Source: Clostridia bacterium (GTDB lineage: Bacteria; Bacillota; Clostridia; Christensenellales; CAG-138). From it: a stretch of DNA of 64,000 nt. The position numbers were made by a program, and so were the translations under genes. Location: the NCBI GenBank assembly GCA_017438865.1, contig JAFRUN010000006.1:5552-69551 (forward strand). Direction: 5' to 3'. Positions within the stretch are counted from its first letter, which is position 1, and each line of letters begins with the position of its first letter. Below, in pieces: positions 16,705 to 25,687 of the stretch. The notes under the pieces are model-generated. The model was not told the DNA's origin, did no database searches, and saw only the letters and a program-made list of their open reading frames with translations.

Positions 16705-17922
16705 ATGACAGTAATAGGACTTGCCCTGGTGATTGCGGGCGCGATCATATTTTCCGCGGGATGGGTAAGTAAACCGAGAGACGGAAAAATAATCGGCGCC
16801 GGCGCGGCCGTGATAGCCGGCGGAACGCTGATCGGAATCGGCGGAAATCCTTCCAAGGGTATGCCGCACGGAAGCACCGCGATGGTAATACTGGGCTTCA
16901 TCCTTGCAGGGGCAGGCATCGCCCTTTTTGCCGTTCTGGCAGGGAAGGGGATCAAAAACGCGCGGGAGAAAAAACGGCAGAACATCGAAGAGCAAAAGGT
17001 TGCATTTATCAAAGAATACGAACAGAACGGGATTCTGGAATGCAGGACCGAAAAAGAGATCCAGAAAGCAACGCTCCTTGCACAGAAATACCGTCTGGAG
17101 TTTACGGACATTTCCGCGCTGTTTTACGAAGCGAAAAACAGTCGGGCACGAGATACGGAAAACAGGCAGGCGGCTGCAATTCAGTCAAAAAAGGACGAGG
17201 AGCGCAGGCAGTTTGAGACGCTGAACAGGTATTCTTCGTTCAGCGGACGGGATAAACGGATTGCGATCCTTACCGACGAACGGAAAGAGGCGCTGAATGA
17301 AGCGGAAATGATGCGGATAACCGCAAAAACGGTTCACGATGCAACACAGCAAAAGGAGCAGGATTGGGCGACGCAGGGCGGAATCGCCAGCGGGATCGCC
17401 GGTCCGGCGGCGGGAATTGCGACCGCTCTGAACGTGCAGGCAAAGAATGCGGAGATCCGGGCGCAAAATCAGGAAAACCTGAAGACGTTCGCTCCCGCCA
17501 TTCAAGCTGCTTACAGAAAGGCGTTCGAATACGACAGCCGGGCGGATGCGCTGCAAAAGCAGATCGACGAAGCAAAAATCAAGCTGGTTTCAAAAGACGA
17601 CGCATTGACCTGCCTTTCCCGGATCACATTCTCCGATACGACGGTCGATGTGTCCGAGACCGGCGCTTGCACGGTCACAACGACGGCGAAGGCAAAGCAG
17701 CCTCTGTTGATTTTTGACGATGTCAAAGCAACCATAGACGGAACGGTCATTGCAAAGATCTACGACGGCAAATCGCTGGTCGGAGCGGCTTCGCTGGTGC
17801 TTCCCAAATACGGCATTTCTTCGGAGGCGGAATTGAAAGGAATGTGTCTGTCCTGCGGAACGCCGGGCAAACACTATACGGTACAGTTCGCGGCAGTCAA
17901 TCTTTGGGCGATGGAGAGATAA
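16705..17922 (+). CDS. Hypothetical membrane protein (Gly-rich TM helices, coiled-coil region, Gly-zipper segment, beta-rich C-terminus)
   Basis: N-terminal TM helices rich in G/A. A charged helical stretch. GGIASGIAGPAAGIATAL segment. I recognise no family. ATG 16705 is preferred over GTG 16675 because GGAGG lies 7 nt upstream. Confidence 0.6.
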   Translation: MTVIGLALVIAGAIIFSAGWVSKPRDGKIIGAGAAVIAGGTLIGIGGNPSKGMPHGSTAMVILGFILAGAGIALFAVLAGKGIKNAREKKRQNIEEQKVAFIKEYEQNGILECRTEKEIQKATLLAQKYRLEFTDISALFYEAKNSRARDTENRQAAAIQSKKDEERRQFETLNRYSSFSGRDKRIAILTDERKEALNEAEMMRITAKTVHDATQQKEQDWATQGGIASGIAGPAAGIATALNVQAKNAEIRAQNQENLKTFAPAIQAAYRKAFEYDSRADALQKQIDEAKIKLVSKDDALTCLSRITFSDTTVDVSETGACTVTTTAKAKQPLLIFDDVKATIDGTVIAKIYDGKSLVGAASLVLPKYGISSEAELKGMCLSCGTPGKHYTVQFAAVNLWAMER

Positions 17923-17925
17923 ACG

Positions 17926-18492
17926 ATGAAGAAGAACATAAAATGCATTGCGGCGGCCGCGGTTTTCCTCGCGCTGCTTGTCTATGAACTGTTTCTGATC
18001 GGAAGATTTGCGTGGATCTCGTACACCCGGGACGGATATCAGGCATACCTGACTTGGGGATATCCGTCGTTTTCCGTGTCTTACTATTTGATGCATCTCC
18101 TTTGCAAGACTGTGCGGCTGGTCGCGCTTGTCGTACTGGCGGTAAAAGCGCTGAAGCAAAAGACATTCCCGAAACCGGTCATTCTCTTCTCGATCCTGTA
18201 TTCTGCGGGGATGATCCTCCCGTGGCTGTTTCAGAGAGAGAGCAGCTATGTATATCTGCCGTATCTGCTGAGACAGGCGCTGCATCTTCTGCCGCTGATT
18301 CTCGTTCTGGTATTGTGGGCGGTTGTCCTGCCACTGGTTATAAAGACGCCGGGGAAAAAGAAAAAGACGGAAGCGGAAGCGGCACAAAACGAACAATTGA
18401 ATTTCTACGGGGATCTGCTGGAAAAGGGCGTCATTACAAAGAAAGAGTACGACGAAATGGCAGAGAAAATCAAAGAGGGGAAGCTGCAATGA
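17926..18492 (+). CDS. Hypothetical 4-TM membrane protein with a C-terminal SHOCT-like domain
   Basis: Ends in NFYGDLLEKGVITKKEYDEMAEKIKEGK. Starts 3 nt after the upstream stop. Confidence 0.65.
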   Translation: MKKNIKCIAAAAVFLALLVYELFLIGRFAWISYTRDGYQAYLTWGYPSFSVSYYLMHLLCKTVRLVALVVLAVKALKQKTFPKPVILFSILYSAGMILPWLFQRESSYVYLPYLLRQALHLLPLILVLVLWAVVLPLVIKTPGKKKKTEAEAAQNEQLNFYGDLLEKGVITKKEYDEMAEKIKEGKLQ

Positions 18493-18546
18493 TTGCGGAG
18501 AACCGTATAATCGGCGACGACACCCTCTGAAAGGAATCATCTTTCG

Positions 18547-18575
18547 GCCGCGCATCCCGCGCGGCTGTTCTTTTT
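18547..18575 (+). terminator. Rho-independent terminator
   Basis: GCCGCGC-ATCCC-GCGCGGC followed by TGTTCTTTTT. Confidence 0.7.
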
Positions 18576-18597
18576 GCGGCAAAAGCGAAGAAAGCCC

Positions 18598-18626
18598 TTT
18601 ACAACCGTGCAAAATTGCGGTATATT
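18598..18626 (+). promoter_or_regulatory. Promoter TTTACA-17-TATATT ending 7 nt before the ATG of the M15 gene
   Basis: -35 at 18598-18603, -10 at 18621-18626, ATG at 18634, no SD. Confidence 0.45.
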
Positions 18627-18633
18627 CACCTTT

Positions 18634-19518
18634 ATGAAACGATTTCTGCCGCTTGTCTGCGCGCTGCTGATGCTCGGCTGCGCCGCACAACCGAATCCCG
18701 CTGCGGCGGTCACGGAACCGCCGGCGGCCGAAGCGCCTGCGCCGGAGCCCGCGGTCGAGGCGGACGTGATTTTTGCACCGGAAACGGAGGCGCCCGTGTC
18801 GCTTGCGCCGGTGCCGACGCCGGAACCCACGCCGGAACCGACGCCGGAGCCGACGCCCGAGCCCACGCCGGAGCCGAATCCGTACCGGGGCGAGAAGGTC
18901 ACGGAATCGAAGACGAACCCGGAATTCTGGTACTGCGCGCCGACCGAGGCGCTGAAGGCGCGCGTGATCGGCACGAGCTACCCGGAAAATCCGAAGGACG
19001 CGCCGGTGAAGATCACGGACCTTCGTTATGTGCACATTCTGTACGTCGATTTCGACGGCGTCGGGCATGAAGGCGAGCTTCTGGTGCACAAAAAGGTCGC
19101 AAACGATGTGATCGAGATCTTCGAGGCGCTGTACGACGCGCAGTATCCGCTGCGCTCGGTGCGGCTTGTCGACGATTTCGGAGAGCCGTTCGACGACAAC
19201 CTTTCGATGGCGGCGGACAACACCTCGGCGTACTGCTGCCGCCGCGTGACCGGCACGACGCATTTTTCACGGCACAGCTACGGCACGGCGATCGACGTCA
19301 ATCCGCTCGAGAACCCGTACGTCCGCAGGGACGGCAGCGTTGCGCCGCCGGAAAGCAGACCGTACCTCGACCGCAAAAATATGCGTCCCGGCATGATCGA
19401 TGAAAACGACCTCTGCTACAAGCTGTTCATCAAGCACGGCTGGCGGTGGGGCGGACACAATAAAACGGAACGGGACTATCAGCATTTCACGAAGGATGTG
19501 AAGGGAGTCACGCCATGA
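18634..19518 (+). CDS. M15-family (VanY-like) D-Ala-D-Ala carboxypeptidase lipoprotein
   Basis: Lipobox LMLGCAA. (PTPE)5 linker. Metal motifs SRHSYGTAIDVNP and DYQHF. Confidence 0.85.
   Translation: MKRFLPLVCALLMLGCAAQPNPAAAVTEPPAAEAPAPEPAVEADVIFAPETEAPVSLAPVPTPEPTPEPTPEPTPEPTPEPNPYRGEKVTESKTNPEFWYCAPTEALKARVIGTSYPENPKDAPVKITDLRYVHILYVDFDGVGHEGELLVHKKVANDVIEIFEALYDAQYPLRSVRLVDDFGEPFDDNLSMAADNTSAYCCRRVTGTTHFSRHSYGTAIDVNPLENPYVRRDGSVAPPESRPYLDRKNMRPGMIDENDLCYKLFIKHGWRWGGHNKTERDYQHFTKDVKGVTP
18814..18873 (+). repeat. 5 x 12-nt tandem coding repeat (PTPE)
   Basis: CCGACGCCGGAA-type units read directly from the sequence. Confidence 0.85.
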
Positions 19519-20240
19519 ACGAGCGGGAGATCCTCGCCTATCTCGAACGGGATAAGGCGATCCGCATCGACATGATCGAGGCGATCCGGCGAAAAACGGC
19601 GACGGTGACGTACGCTGCGCCCGATGCGGTGCTTTTGAAAACCGTGAGCGGGTTTTATCTGCTCGCGGGCGACACTCCGGAAGCGTGCGAACGCGCGCTC
19701 GACGCGGTCAACGACGGTTTTTACGCGTTTGTGGCGCACAACGAGGTCTCGCGCGAGGCGGTGCAGAAGCGCTATCCGAAGCTCGATCATCTCTCGCCCT
19801 GCCGGCAGGCGTATTACCCGAAAAGAGAGCCGATCCCGGTCCCGCCGGTGTGCGAAATCAGACCGTTTCCGGTCGATCGGGTACCGTTTCTGGTTTCGGT
19901 CTACGATCCGGAGGGCGATCCGGCGGACTACGAGAACGCCGTTCGCGCGGGCGACGTGCTTGCGGCGTACCGCGGCGAAAAGATCGCAGGGTTTATCGGG
20001 TTCCACGGGGACGGCAGCGGCGGCATGCTCGAGGTTCTGCCGGAGTTCCGGCGGCTCGGCATCGGCACGGCGCTGGAGATCGCGCTGCACAATCTGGCGC
20101 TTTCCCGCGGATGGACGCCGTACGGACAGATCCGCGTCGAAAACGAGGCGTCGCTGAAGCTGCAGGAACGGCTCGGCATGGTCGTGTCCGATCCGGACGG
20201 CAGCATCCTGTACTGGATCTGGTCCGAAGACAAAGATTGA
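19515..20240 (+). CDS. GNAT-family N-acetyltransferase
   Basis: The C-terminal half contains LEVLPEFRRLGIGTALEIALHNLA (acetyl-CoA-binding motif A-like). 4-nt overlap with the upstream gene. Confidence 0.75.
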   Translation: MNEREILAYLERDKAIRIDMIEAIRRKTATVTYAAPDAVLLKTVSGFYLLAGDTPEACERALDAVNDGFYAFVAHNEVSREAVQKRYPKLDHLSPCRQAYYPKREPIPVPPVCEIRPFPVDRVPFLVSVYDPEGDPADYENAVRAGDVLAAYRGEKIAGFIGFHGDGSGGMLEVLPEFRRLGIGTALEIALHNLALSRGWTPYGQIRVENEASLKLQERLGMVVSDPDGSILYWIWSEDKD

Positions 20241-20264
20241 TCATTCATTGATTTGGAGGATAGT

Positions 20265-22004
20265 ATGAAAGTAAAGAACATTTTGGGCGAACGGTTCAAG
20301 GAGCGCGCGTTCGACATCGAGAGTCAGAATCTGATGACGCGCGGCGGCTATATGAAGCAGGTCGGCAACGGCATCTATTCGCTGTTCATGCCGGCAAAGC
20401 GCATCCAGAACAAGATCGAGCGGATCCTGCGCGAGGAAATGGACGCGATCGACGGGCAGGAGGTCCTGTTCCCGGTCGTCATGCCCGCGACGCTGTGGCA
20501 GAGCTCGGGCAGATTCGAGTCCATCGGCAAGGAGCTTCTTCGGTTCAAGGACCGCGGCGGCGCCGACATGGTCCTCGGCATGACGCACGAGGAGGCGGCG
20601 GTGCAGATGGCGATGAATGTGGCGGGCACATATCAGAAATACCCGTTCATGATCTATCAGATCCAGACGAAGTTCCGCGACGAGCCGCGCGCGAGAGGCG
20701 GATTGATCCGTGTGCGCGAGTTCACGATGAAGGACGCGTACTCGTTCCACACCTCGCAGGAGGATCTCGAGGCGTACTACGATCGCGCCTACCGCGCGTA
20801 CGAGCGCATTTACGCCCGCGCGGGCGTGCCCGAAGTGATCGCGGTCAAGTCGGATTCCGGCATGATGGGCGGCAAGGTCAGCCATGAGTTCATGCTGCTT
20901 TGCGACATCGGCGAGGATTCCATCGTGATCTGCCCCGAATGCGGCTTCCGCGCGAACATGGAGGCGTGCGACGCGATCACCGAAAACGTCGCTGACGAAA
21001 CGCTCGAGCCGCTCACCGAGGTGTTTACCGGCGATGCGAAGACGATCGAGGAGGTCGGAAAATACCTCAAGGTCACCGACGAAAAGACCTGCAAGGCGGT
21101 CGTCTATCAGCGCAACGCGGACGATTCCTATGTGCTGATCTTCGTGCGCGGCGATAAAGAGGTCAACGAGACCAAGCTGACGAATTACCTGAAGGCCGAG
21201 ATCCATCCGGCGGTCGACGTCGAAAATGCGAATCTCGCCGCAGGCAACATCGGTCCGGTCGGTCTCAAAACGAAGGCGACCGTGCTGTTCGACCGCTCGA
21301 TTTACGGCGCGACGAACCTCGTTTGCGGCGCGAACAAGGCGGAATACCACTATACCGGTTTTACGCCGACGCGTGATCTGCCCGAGGATACCGAATACCT
21401 CGATCTCTCCAAAGCCGTCGAAGGCGGCGTCTGCCCGAACTGCGGAAAGCATACGCTTCAGGTCCGCCGCGGCATCGAAGTCGGCAACATCTTCCAGCTC
21501 GGCAAGCGCTATACCGAGGCGATGGGAATGACCTACGACGCGGAAAACGGCGAGCGCAAAAACCCGATCATGGGCTGCTACGGCATCGGCGTCGGACGCC
21601 TGATCGCGTCGGTCTGCGAAGCGCATCACGACGATTACGGCCCGATCTGGCCCATCACGATCGCGCCGTGGCAGGTCGAGATCTGCGCGCTGCGCATCGA
21701 CGATGCGAACGTCCGCGCGGCGGCGGACAAGCTCTGTTCGGAGCTCGAAGCGGCGGGCGTCGAGGTGCTTTACGACGACCGTCCCGTCTCCGCGGGCGTC
21801 ATGTTCTCCGACGCGGATCTTCTCGGCGCGCCGGTGCGCGTGGTCATCTCGCCGAAGACGCTTTCGAGAAACGCGTTCGAGCTTGCCGCGCGCGACAAGT
21901 CTTTCCGCGAGGACATCGCGATCGACACGGCTGCCGCGACCGTCGAAGCAAAGGTCAGGGAACTGATCGACGAGGTCAACGCCAAGGTCCCCGAACGTCT
22001 TTGA
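20265..22004 (+). CDS. proS: Proline--tRNA ligase (bacterial type with editing insertion)
   Basis: Class II motifs (FRDEPRARGGLIRVREFTMKDAYSF, GCYGIGVGRLI), about 579 aa. Start at MKVKN. Confidence 0.95.
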   Translation: MKVKNILGERFKERAFDIESQNLMTRGGYMKQVGNGIYSLFMPAKRIQNKIERILREEMDAIDGQEVLFPVVMPATLWQSSGRFESIGKELLRFKDRGGADMVLGMTHEEAAVQMAMNVAGTYQKYPFMIYQIQTKFRDEPRARGGLIRVREFTMKDAYSFHTSQEDLEAYYDRAYRAYERIYARAGVPEVIAVKSDSGMMGGKVSHEFMLLCDIGEDSIVICPECGFRANMEACDAITENVADETLEPLTEVFTGDAKTIEEVGKYLKVTDEKTCKAVVYQRNADDSYVLIFVRGDKEVNETKLTNYLKAEIHPAVDVENANLAAGNIGPVGLKTKATVLFDRSIYGATNLVCGANKAEYHYTGFTPTRDLPEDTEYLDLSKAVEGGVCPNCGKHTLQVRRGIEVGNIFQLGKRYTEAMGMTYDAENGERKNPIMGCYGIGVGRLIASVCEAHHDDYGPIWPITIAPWQVEICALRIDDANVRAAADKLCSELEAAGVEVLYDDRPVSAGVMFSDADLLGAPVRVVISPKTLSRNAFELAARDKSFREDIAIDTAAATVEAKVRELIDEVNAKVPERL

Positions 22005-22013
22005 TTCAGAACG

Positions 22014-22046
22014 AAAAAAGCTCTCCGATCTCCGGAGAGCTTTTTT
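22014..22046. terminator. Bidirectional terminator
   Basis: AAAAAA-GCTCTCCG-ATCTC-CGGAGAGC-TTTTTT. Confidence 0.8.
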
Positions 22047-22055
22047 GTTTGTGAT

Positions 22056-23585
22056 TCAACCGAGGTTCGGCAGATCGACGGAGGAGGTCAGACTTTCGCC
22101 GTACCGGAACTGCTTGCGCAGCAGCTCATACCGCACCGAATAGGTGCTTTTGCGGGAGTAGTCGAAGCGCCACTCGTTCAGCGTCGGATCCTTTGCGGTC
22201 GTGTTGACGACGCAGTCCGGCACGCGCTTTTTGAATTCCTCGATCTGCTCGTCCGGGATGCGGTTCCGTGCGATCCACAGCCGTTCCAGCTTTGTGAGCC
22301 CGTAAAGCGGCGAGATATCGGTGATCTTGTTCATGCACAGGTTCAGATGCCTGAGCTCCGTGCAGTTCGCGAGCGCCGAAATATCCGTGATGTGCCCGTT
22401 GAACAGCTCGGCGTATTCGAGGTGCGGACAGTTTGCAAACGCCGAAATGTCCGTCGGCTGCTGGATCGCAAGGATGCAGACCTCGAGGTCCGGCATGTAT
22501 CCGACAAAATATGCGTCCTGGATGAGGTTGTGTCCGAGATCGAGGTATCGGACCTCGTTGCAGTAGATCAGCCCGCGCGTGTTGATGTCCCGCAGCATCG
22601 GGTATTGATAGAACATCGTAAACCGGATCATCTTTACGTCCGTGCGGCATGAATATGCGCCGACGTGCACGCGCCATACGATCTTCGGCGAGGGGAACGC
22701 CTCGCGCAGCGCCGCCATTTCTTCGTCGGGAATGCCGCAGTTTTCCATATCGAGCCGTCCGACGCAGCGCAGGTACGGCAGAAGCGCCGTAAGCTCTTCC
22801 GTGCGGTCCGACAGGAGGACGCCGTTGAAATTCACGACGTCGTCGGTCAGTGAAAAACGCCTGCCGAACGCCGTAACGTTGAGGTCGACGCGAATCTCCG
22901 GGCGAATCGCCTGCAGACGTCCCGCGTCCTCAAGCGTCCAGTCCGACGTGCCGTCCGCGCGGTTCAGTTCGATATCGACGAGGTTCGGGAGAACCGCGAC
23001 CGCGTCGCATACCTCGTCCAGAAACGCGGGGGAGACGTCCGAAAGATCCGCAGCCGCCGCATCGCTTGAAAGCGTCACGCCGGCAGCCGATACGGCATAC
23101 GAAAGCGCGGCGTCGGGCAGCGCCGCCGTCAGCGCGGCGGCATCTTCGGCGGTCATCGGTTCGGTCACGGTCAGCTCCGAAAGCGCGGGGAGATATCTGA
23201 GAACACCGGCGTCCGGCACGCTTTTGACGCTTGCCGCCTGTACGTCGGGCGAAAGCGCCGTTTCGCCGACCGAAACGGTATAGATCACATCCACCTCGGG
23301 ATGCGCGTCGCGGTAGGCAAGGATCGCATCGTAGCAGACGCTGCCGGAAACGTCCAGCGTGTGAAGACCGGGGATCCGTTCGATCAGGGCGAAATCGTCC
23401 GCGTCGACCGCGGCGCGCAGCACGCCGTTTTCCGCAACCGCGCCGTTCACGGCGACCGGCGTCGGCAGCGGCGCCGGCGCTTCGCTTGCGGCGGGTTCTT
23501 CGACGGGAAATTCCGCGCCGGAACAGCCCGCGGCGAAAAGCAGCAGACACAGGCAGAAAACAAGACCGATTCCAATCCGTTTCAT
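22056..23585 (-). CDS. Leucine-rich-repeat lipoprotein (internalin-like LRR)
   Basis: Lipobox LFAAGCSG. About 22-aa LRR units (LxLxxNxIxDISxL), e.g. HLNLCMNKITDISPLYGLTKLERLWIARNRI. Confidence 0.8.
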   Translation of the reverse strand: MKRIGIGLVFCLCLLLFAAGCSGAEFPVEEPAASEAPAPLPTPVAVNGAVAENGVLRAAVDADDFALIERIPGLHTLDVSGSVCYDAILAYRDAHPEVDVIYTVSVGETALSPDVQAASVKSVPDAGVLRYLPALSELTVTEPMTAEDAAALTAALPDAALSYAVSAAGVTLSSDAAAADLSDVSPAFLDEVCDAVAVLPNLVDIELNRADGTSDWTLEDAGRLQAIRPEIRVDLNVTAFGRRFSLTDDVVNFNGVLLSDRTEELTALLPYLRCVGRLDMENCGIPDEEMAALREAFPSPKIVWRVHVGAYSCRTDVKMIRFTMFYQYPMLRDINTRGLIYCNEVRYLDLGHNLIQDAYFVGYMPDLEVCILAIQQPTDISAFANCPHLEYAELFNGHITDISALANCTELRHLNLCMNKITDISPLYGLTKLERLWIARNRIPDEQIEEFKKRVPDCVVNTTAKDPTLNEWRFDYSRKSTYSVRYELLRKQFRYGESLTSSVDLPNLG

Positions 23586-23710
23586 TACGGACGCCCTCCG
23601 GAACACAGCTTTTTATTCAGTATAGCACGGTTCGGCAAAAAAGACCATCCGAATTTTGCGAATCATGCAACGTTTTGCCCGAAAATTGCGTCTTGATCTA
23701 TGAGGACGTT

Positions 23711-23743
23711 TTACAACTCGGTTACAACTCTGTGACATTTCGG
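23711..23743 (+). promoter_or_regulatory. Three 11-bp phased direct repeats (site A): TTACAACTCGG TTACAACTCTG TGACATTTCGG
   Basis: Read directly from the sequence. Lies 110 nt upstream of the response-regulator gene. Confidence 0.5.
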
Positions 23744-23803
23744 ATGCGTTTCGGACGAATTTTGCTGATATGCTGAAAACGGAGTCAAAAGGGATCGATA
23801 TTT

Positions 23804-23835
23804 TTACAACTCGGTTACATCTCGTATGATATAAT
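23804..23835 (+). promoter_or_regulatory. Two 11-bp direct repeats (site B: TTACAACTCGG TTACATCTCGT) replacing the -35, then a TATAAT -10
   Basis: The repeats end at 23825. TATAAT lies at 23830-23835, AGGAGG at 23842 and the ATG at 23853. This is a pho-box-like layout. Confidence 0.55.
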
Positions 23836-23852
23836 TACGTCAGGAGGGGCAT

Positions 23853-24506
23853 ATGGCACGGATTTTGATTTTGGAGGACGAGAAGGCGATCAACGACCTC
23901 GTTGCGCTGAATCTCGGCATGATCGGGCATACGGCGGTGCAGACGTTTACCGGCAGGGAAGCGCTGAAAGCGGCGGCGGAAACGCCGTTCGACCTGCTGA
24001 TCCTCGACGTGATGCTGCCGGACACGAACGGGTTTGCGGTCTACGAAAAGCTCAGGGACATCCCGGCGATCTTTCTGACGGCGCTCGGCGAAACGGCGGA
24101 CAAGGTCAAGGGCTTCGAGCGCGGCGCGGACGATTACATCGTCAAACCGTTTGAGATGACGGAGCTTCTTTTACGCGTGGAGGCGGTTCTGCGCCGCACG
24201 CACAGGAGCGAAAGCCGCTATCGCATCGACGGTCTGGAGGTCGATTTTGAGGCAAAGACCGTCCTGAAGGACGGCATACCGGTCGATCTGACGCTGCAGG
24301 AATACGCACTTTTGGAGGTCCTGATCAAAAACCGCAACATTGCCCTTTCGCGGCAGCGCCTGATGCGCGAGGCATGGGACGTATCGTTTTTGGGCGAGTC
24401 CCGTACGATCGACGTGCACATCCAGCGGCTGCGCAAAAAACTCGGTCTGGACGACCGGATCAAAACCATCTACCGGCTCGGATACCGGTTCGAGGAGACG
24501 CCGTGA
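23853..24506 (+). CDS. OmpR/PhoB-family response regulator
   Basis: Receiver domain (DLLILDVMLPD) plus a winged-helix C-terminus (TIDVHIQRLRKKL...YRLGYRF). Confidence 0.9.
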   Translation: MARILILEDEKAINDLVALNLGMIGHTAVQTFTGREALKAAAETPFDLLILDVMLPDTNGFAVYEKLRDIPAIFLTALGETADKVKGFERGADDYIVKPFEMTELLLRVEAVLRRTHRSESRYRIDGLEVDFEAKTVLKDGIPVDLTLQEYALLEVLIKNRNIALSRQRLMREAWDVSFLGESRTIDVHIQRLRKKLGLDDRIKTIYRLGYRFEETP

Positions 24507-25621
24507 AACTCAGACAGAAAAGTTATTTTTTGACGGTGCTGCTGATCGGAGCGGTGCTCTTTTTGAGCACGCTCTTTTTGCTGCTGCCGAACGTCCGGTC
24601 CGCTGTTTCCTCGATCGAAGCGCGTGCGCTCGGCGAGGAAAAGGCGCTTGCGCTGGCGGTCGAAGGGCTGTCCGAGAACATCCCGAAGGAGGATCGCCGA
24701 AAATACGTGCGCGGGTTTGCGGTGTATGACAGCGGCGGATCGACGTTCGCCGTCGGGCTGGACGAAGAAACATGGATCGCGACCGAACCGCTCCCGCCCG
24801 AAACGGAGCCGGGCAGGGTGCGCTGGCTCAATCGGAACGGGCGCACCGTGATCGCGATTGCGGACGCGCTTTCGGACGGCGTATGGGTGCGCTACGGGCT
24901 GGATGTGACGGACGAGCTGAAGCGCGCGGAGCGGCAGGCGACCGGCACGCTTCTTTTGTGTACCTGTCTTACCGGCGGCATCGCCGTCGCGCTGTATTTT
25001 ATGCTGGAACGGCTGAACCGTCCGGTCGAGCGGCTTGCGCATGAGCTTCGCACGCCGCTGACCGTGATCCGCGGCTACGGCGAGCTTCTGGAACGCGCCA
25101 AGCTCACGCCGGAGCAGCAGCACATGGCGGCAAGCTATATCGTTTCCGAGAGCGAGCGGCTCGGCGAGATCTCGCAAAAGCTGCTGACGCTTGCCGACGC
25201 GCGAAAGAGTGCGTTCAAGCCGGAGCGTATCCGCCTTTCCGAGCTTGCGGAGCACTTAAAGCAGACGTATCCGACGCTTGAAACCGAGATCGGATGGGAC
25301 GAACTGACTGCGGATCGCGCGCTGATGCTGAGCTTGCTCGGAAACCTGATCGGCAACGCCGTGAAGGCGTCGGCGCCCGGCCGTCCCGTTCTGATGAAAG
25401 CGGCGCCCGGCACGATCGAGATCGTTGACGAAGGCGCGGGCATGACCGAAGAGCAGCTTCACTATGTCAACGACCCCGCGCGCGCAAAGAATCCGTCGAT
25501 CCGCAGCGGTCTCGGCGTGCCGCTGTGTCACGAGATCGCCGCTTTGCACGGCGCGACGCTCACATACGCTTCAAAAGCAGGCGAGGGAACGACGGCGACG
25601 GTACATTTTACAAGTCTGTGA
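24503..25621 (+). CDS. Sensor histidine kinase
   Basis: The GTG start overlaps the RR stop. Two TMs flank a roughly 150-aa extracytoplasmic loop. H-box HELRTPL. N/G boxes (GNAVKAS, DEGAGM, GLGVPL). Confidence 0.85.
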   Translation: MKLRQKSYFLTVLLIGAVLFLSTLFLLLPNVRSAVSSIEARALGEEKALALAVEGLSENIPKEDRRKYVRGFAVYDSGGSTFAVGLDEETWIATEPLPPETEPGRVRWLNRNGRTVIAIADALSDGVWVRYGLDVTDELKRAERQATGTLLLCTCLTGGIAVALYFMLERLNRPVERLAHELRTPLTVIRGYGELLERAKLTPEQQHMAASYIVSESERLGEISQKLLTLADARKSAFKPERIRLSELAEHLKQTYPTLETEIGWDELTADRALMLSLLGNLIGNAVKASAPGRPVLMKAAPGTIEIVDEGAGMTEEQLHYVNDPARAKNPSIRSGLGVPLCHEIAALHGATLTYASKAGEGTTATVHFTSL

Positions 25622-25661
25622 CAACTCTGTGAGGACTCCGTTACAAGTCCCGTGTTACGAT
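25608..25661 (+). promoter_or_regulatory. Four 11-bp phased repeats (site C: TTACAAGTCTG TGACAACTCTG TGAGGACTCCG TTACAAGTCCC), then a TACGAT -10-like hexamer
   Basis: Overlaps the kinase stop codon. The last repeat ends 4 nt before the hexamer, the same spacing as site B. Confidence 0.5.
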
Positions 25662-25687
25662 GGGGCCGCAGAAAGGAGGAAAAAGCT

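Noticed and set aside
18599-18620. TTACAACCGTG upstream of the M15 peptidase gene resembles one unit of the response-regulator repeat
   Set aside because: Only a single unit matches. The following 11-mer (CAAAATTGCGG) does not match, and the spacing to the -10 differs from sites B and C. The match is largely the generic -35-like TTTACA.
20241-20264. Looked for a T-box leader upstream of proS
   Set aside because: Only 24 nt separate proS from the upstream GNAT gene, which leaves no room for a T-box. proS is probably co-transcribed with the upstream genes.
23665-23703. 12-codon mini-ORF (MQRFARKLRLDL) in the LRR/TCS intergenic region
   Set aside because: It has no SD, no conservation evidence is available, and it is too short to support.
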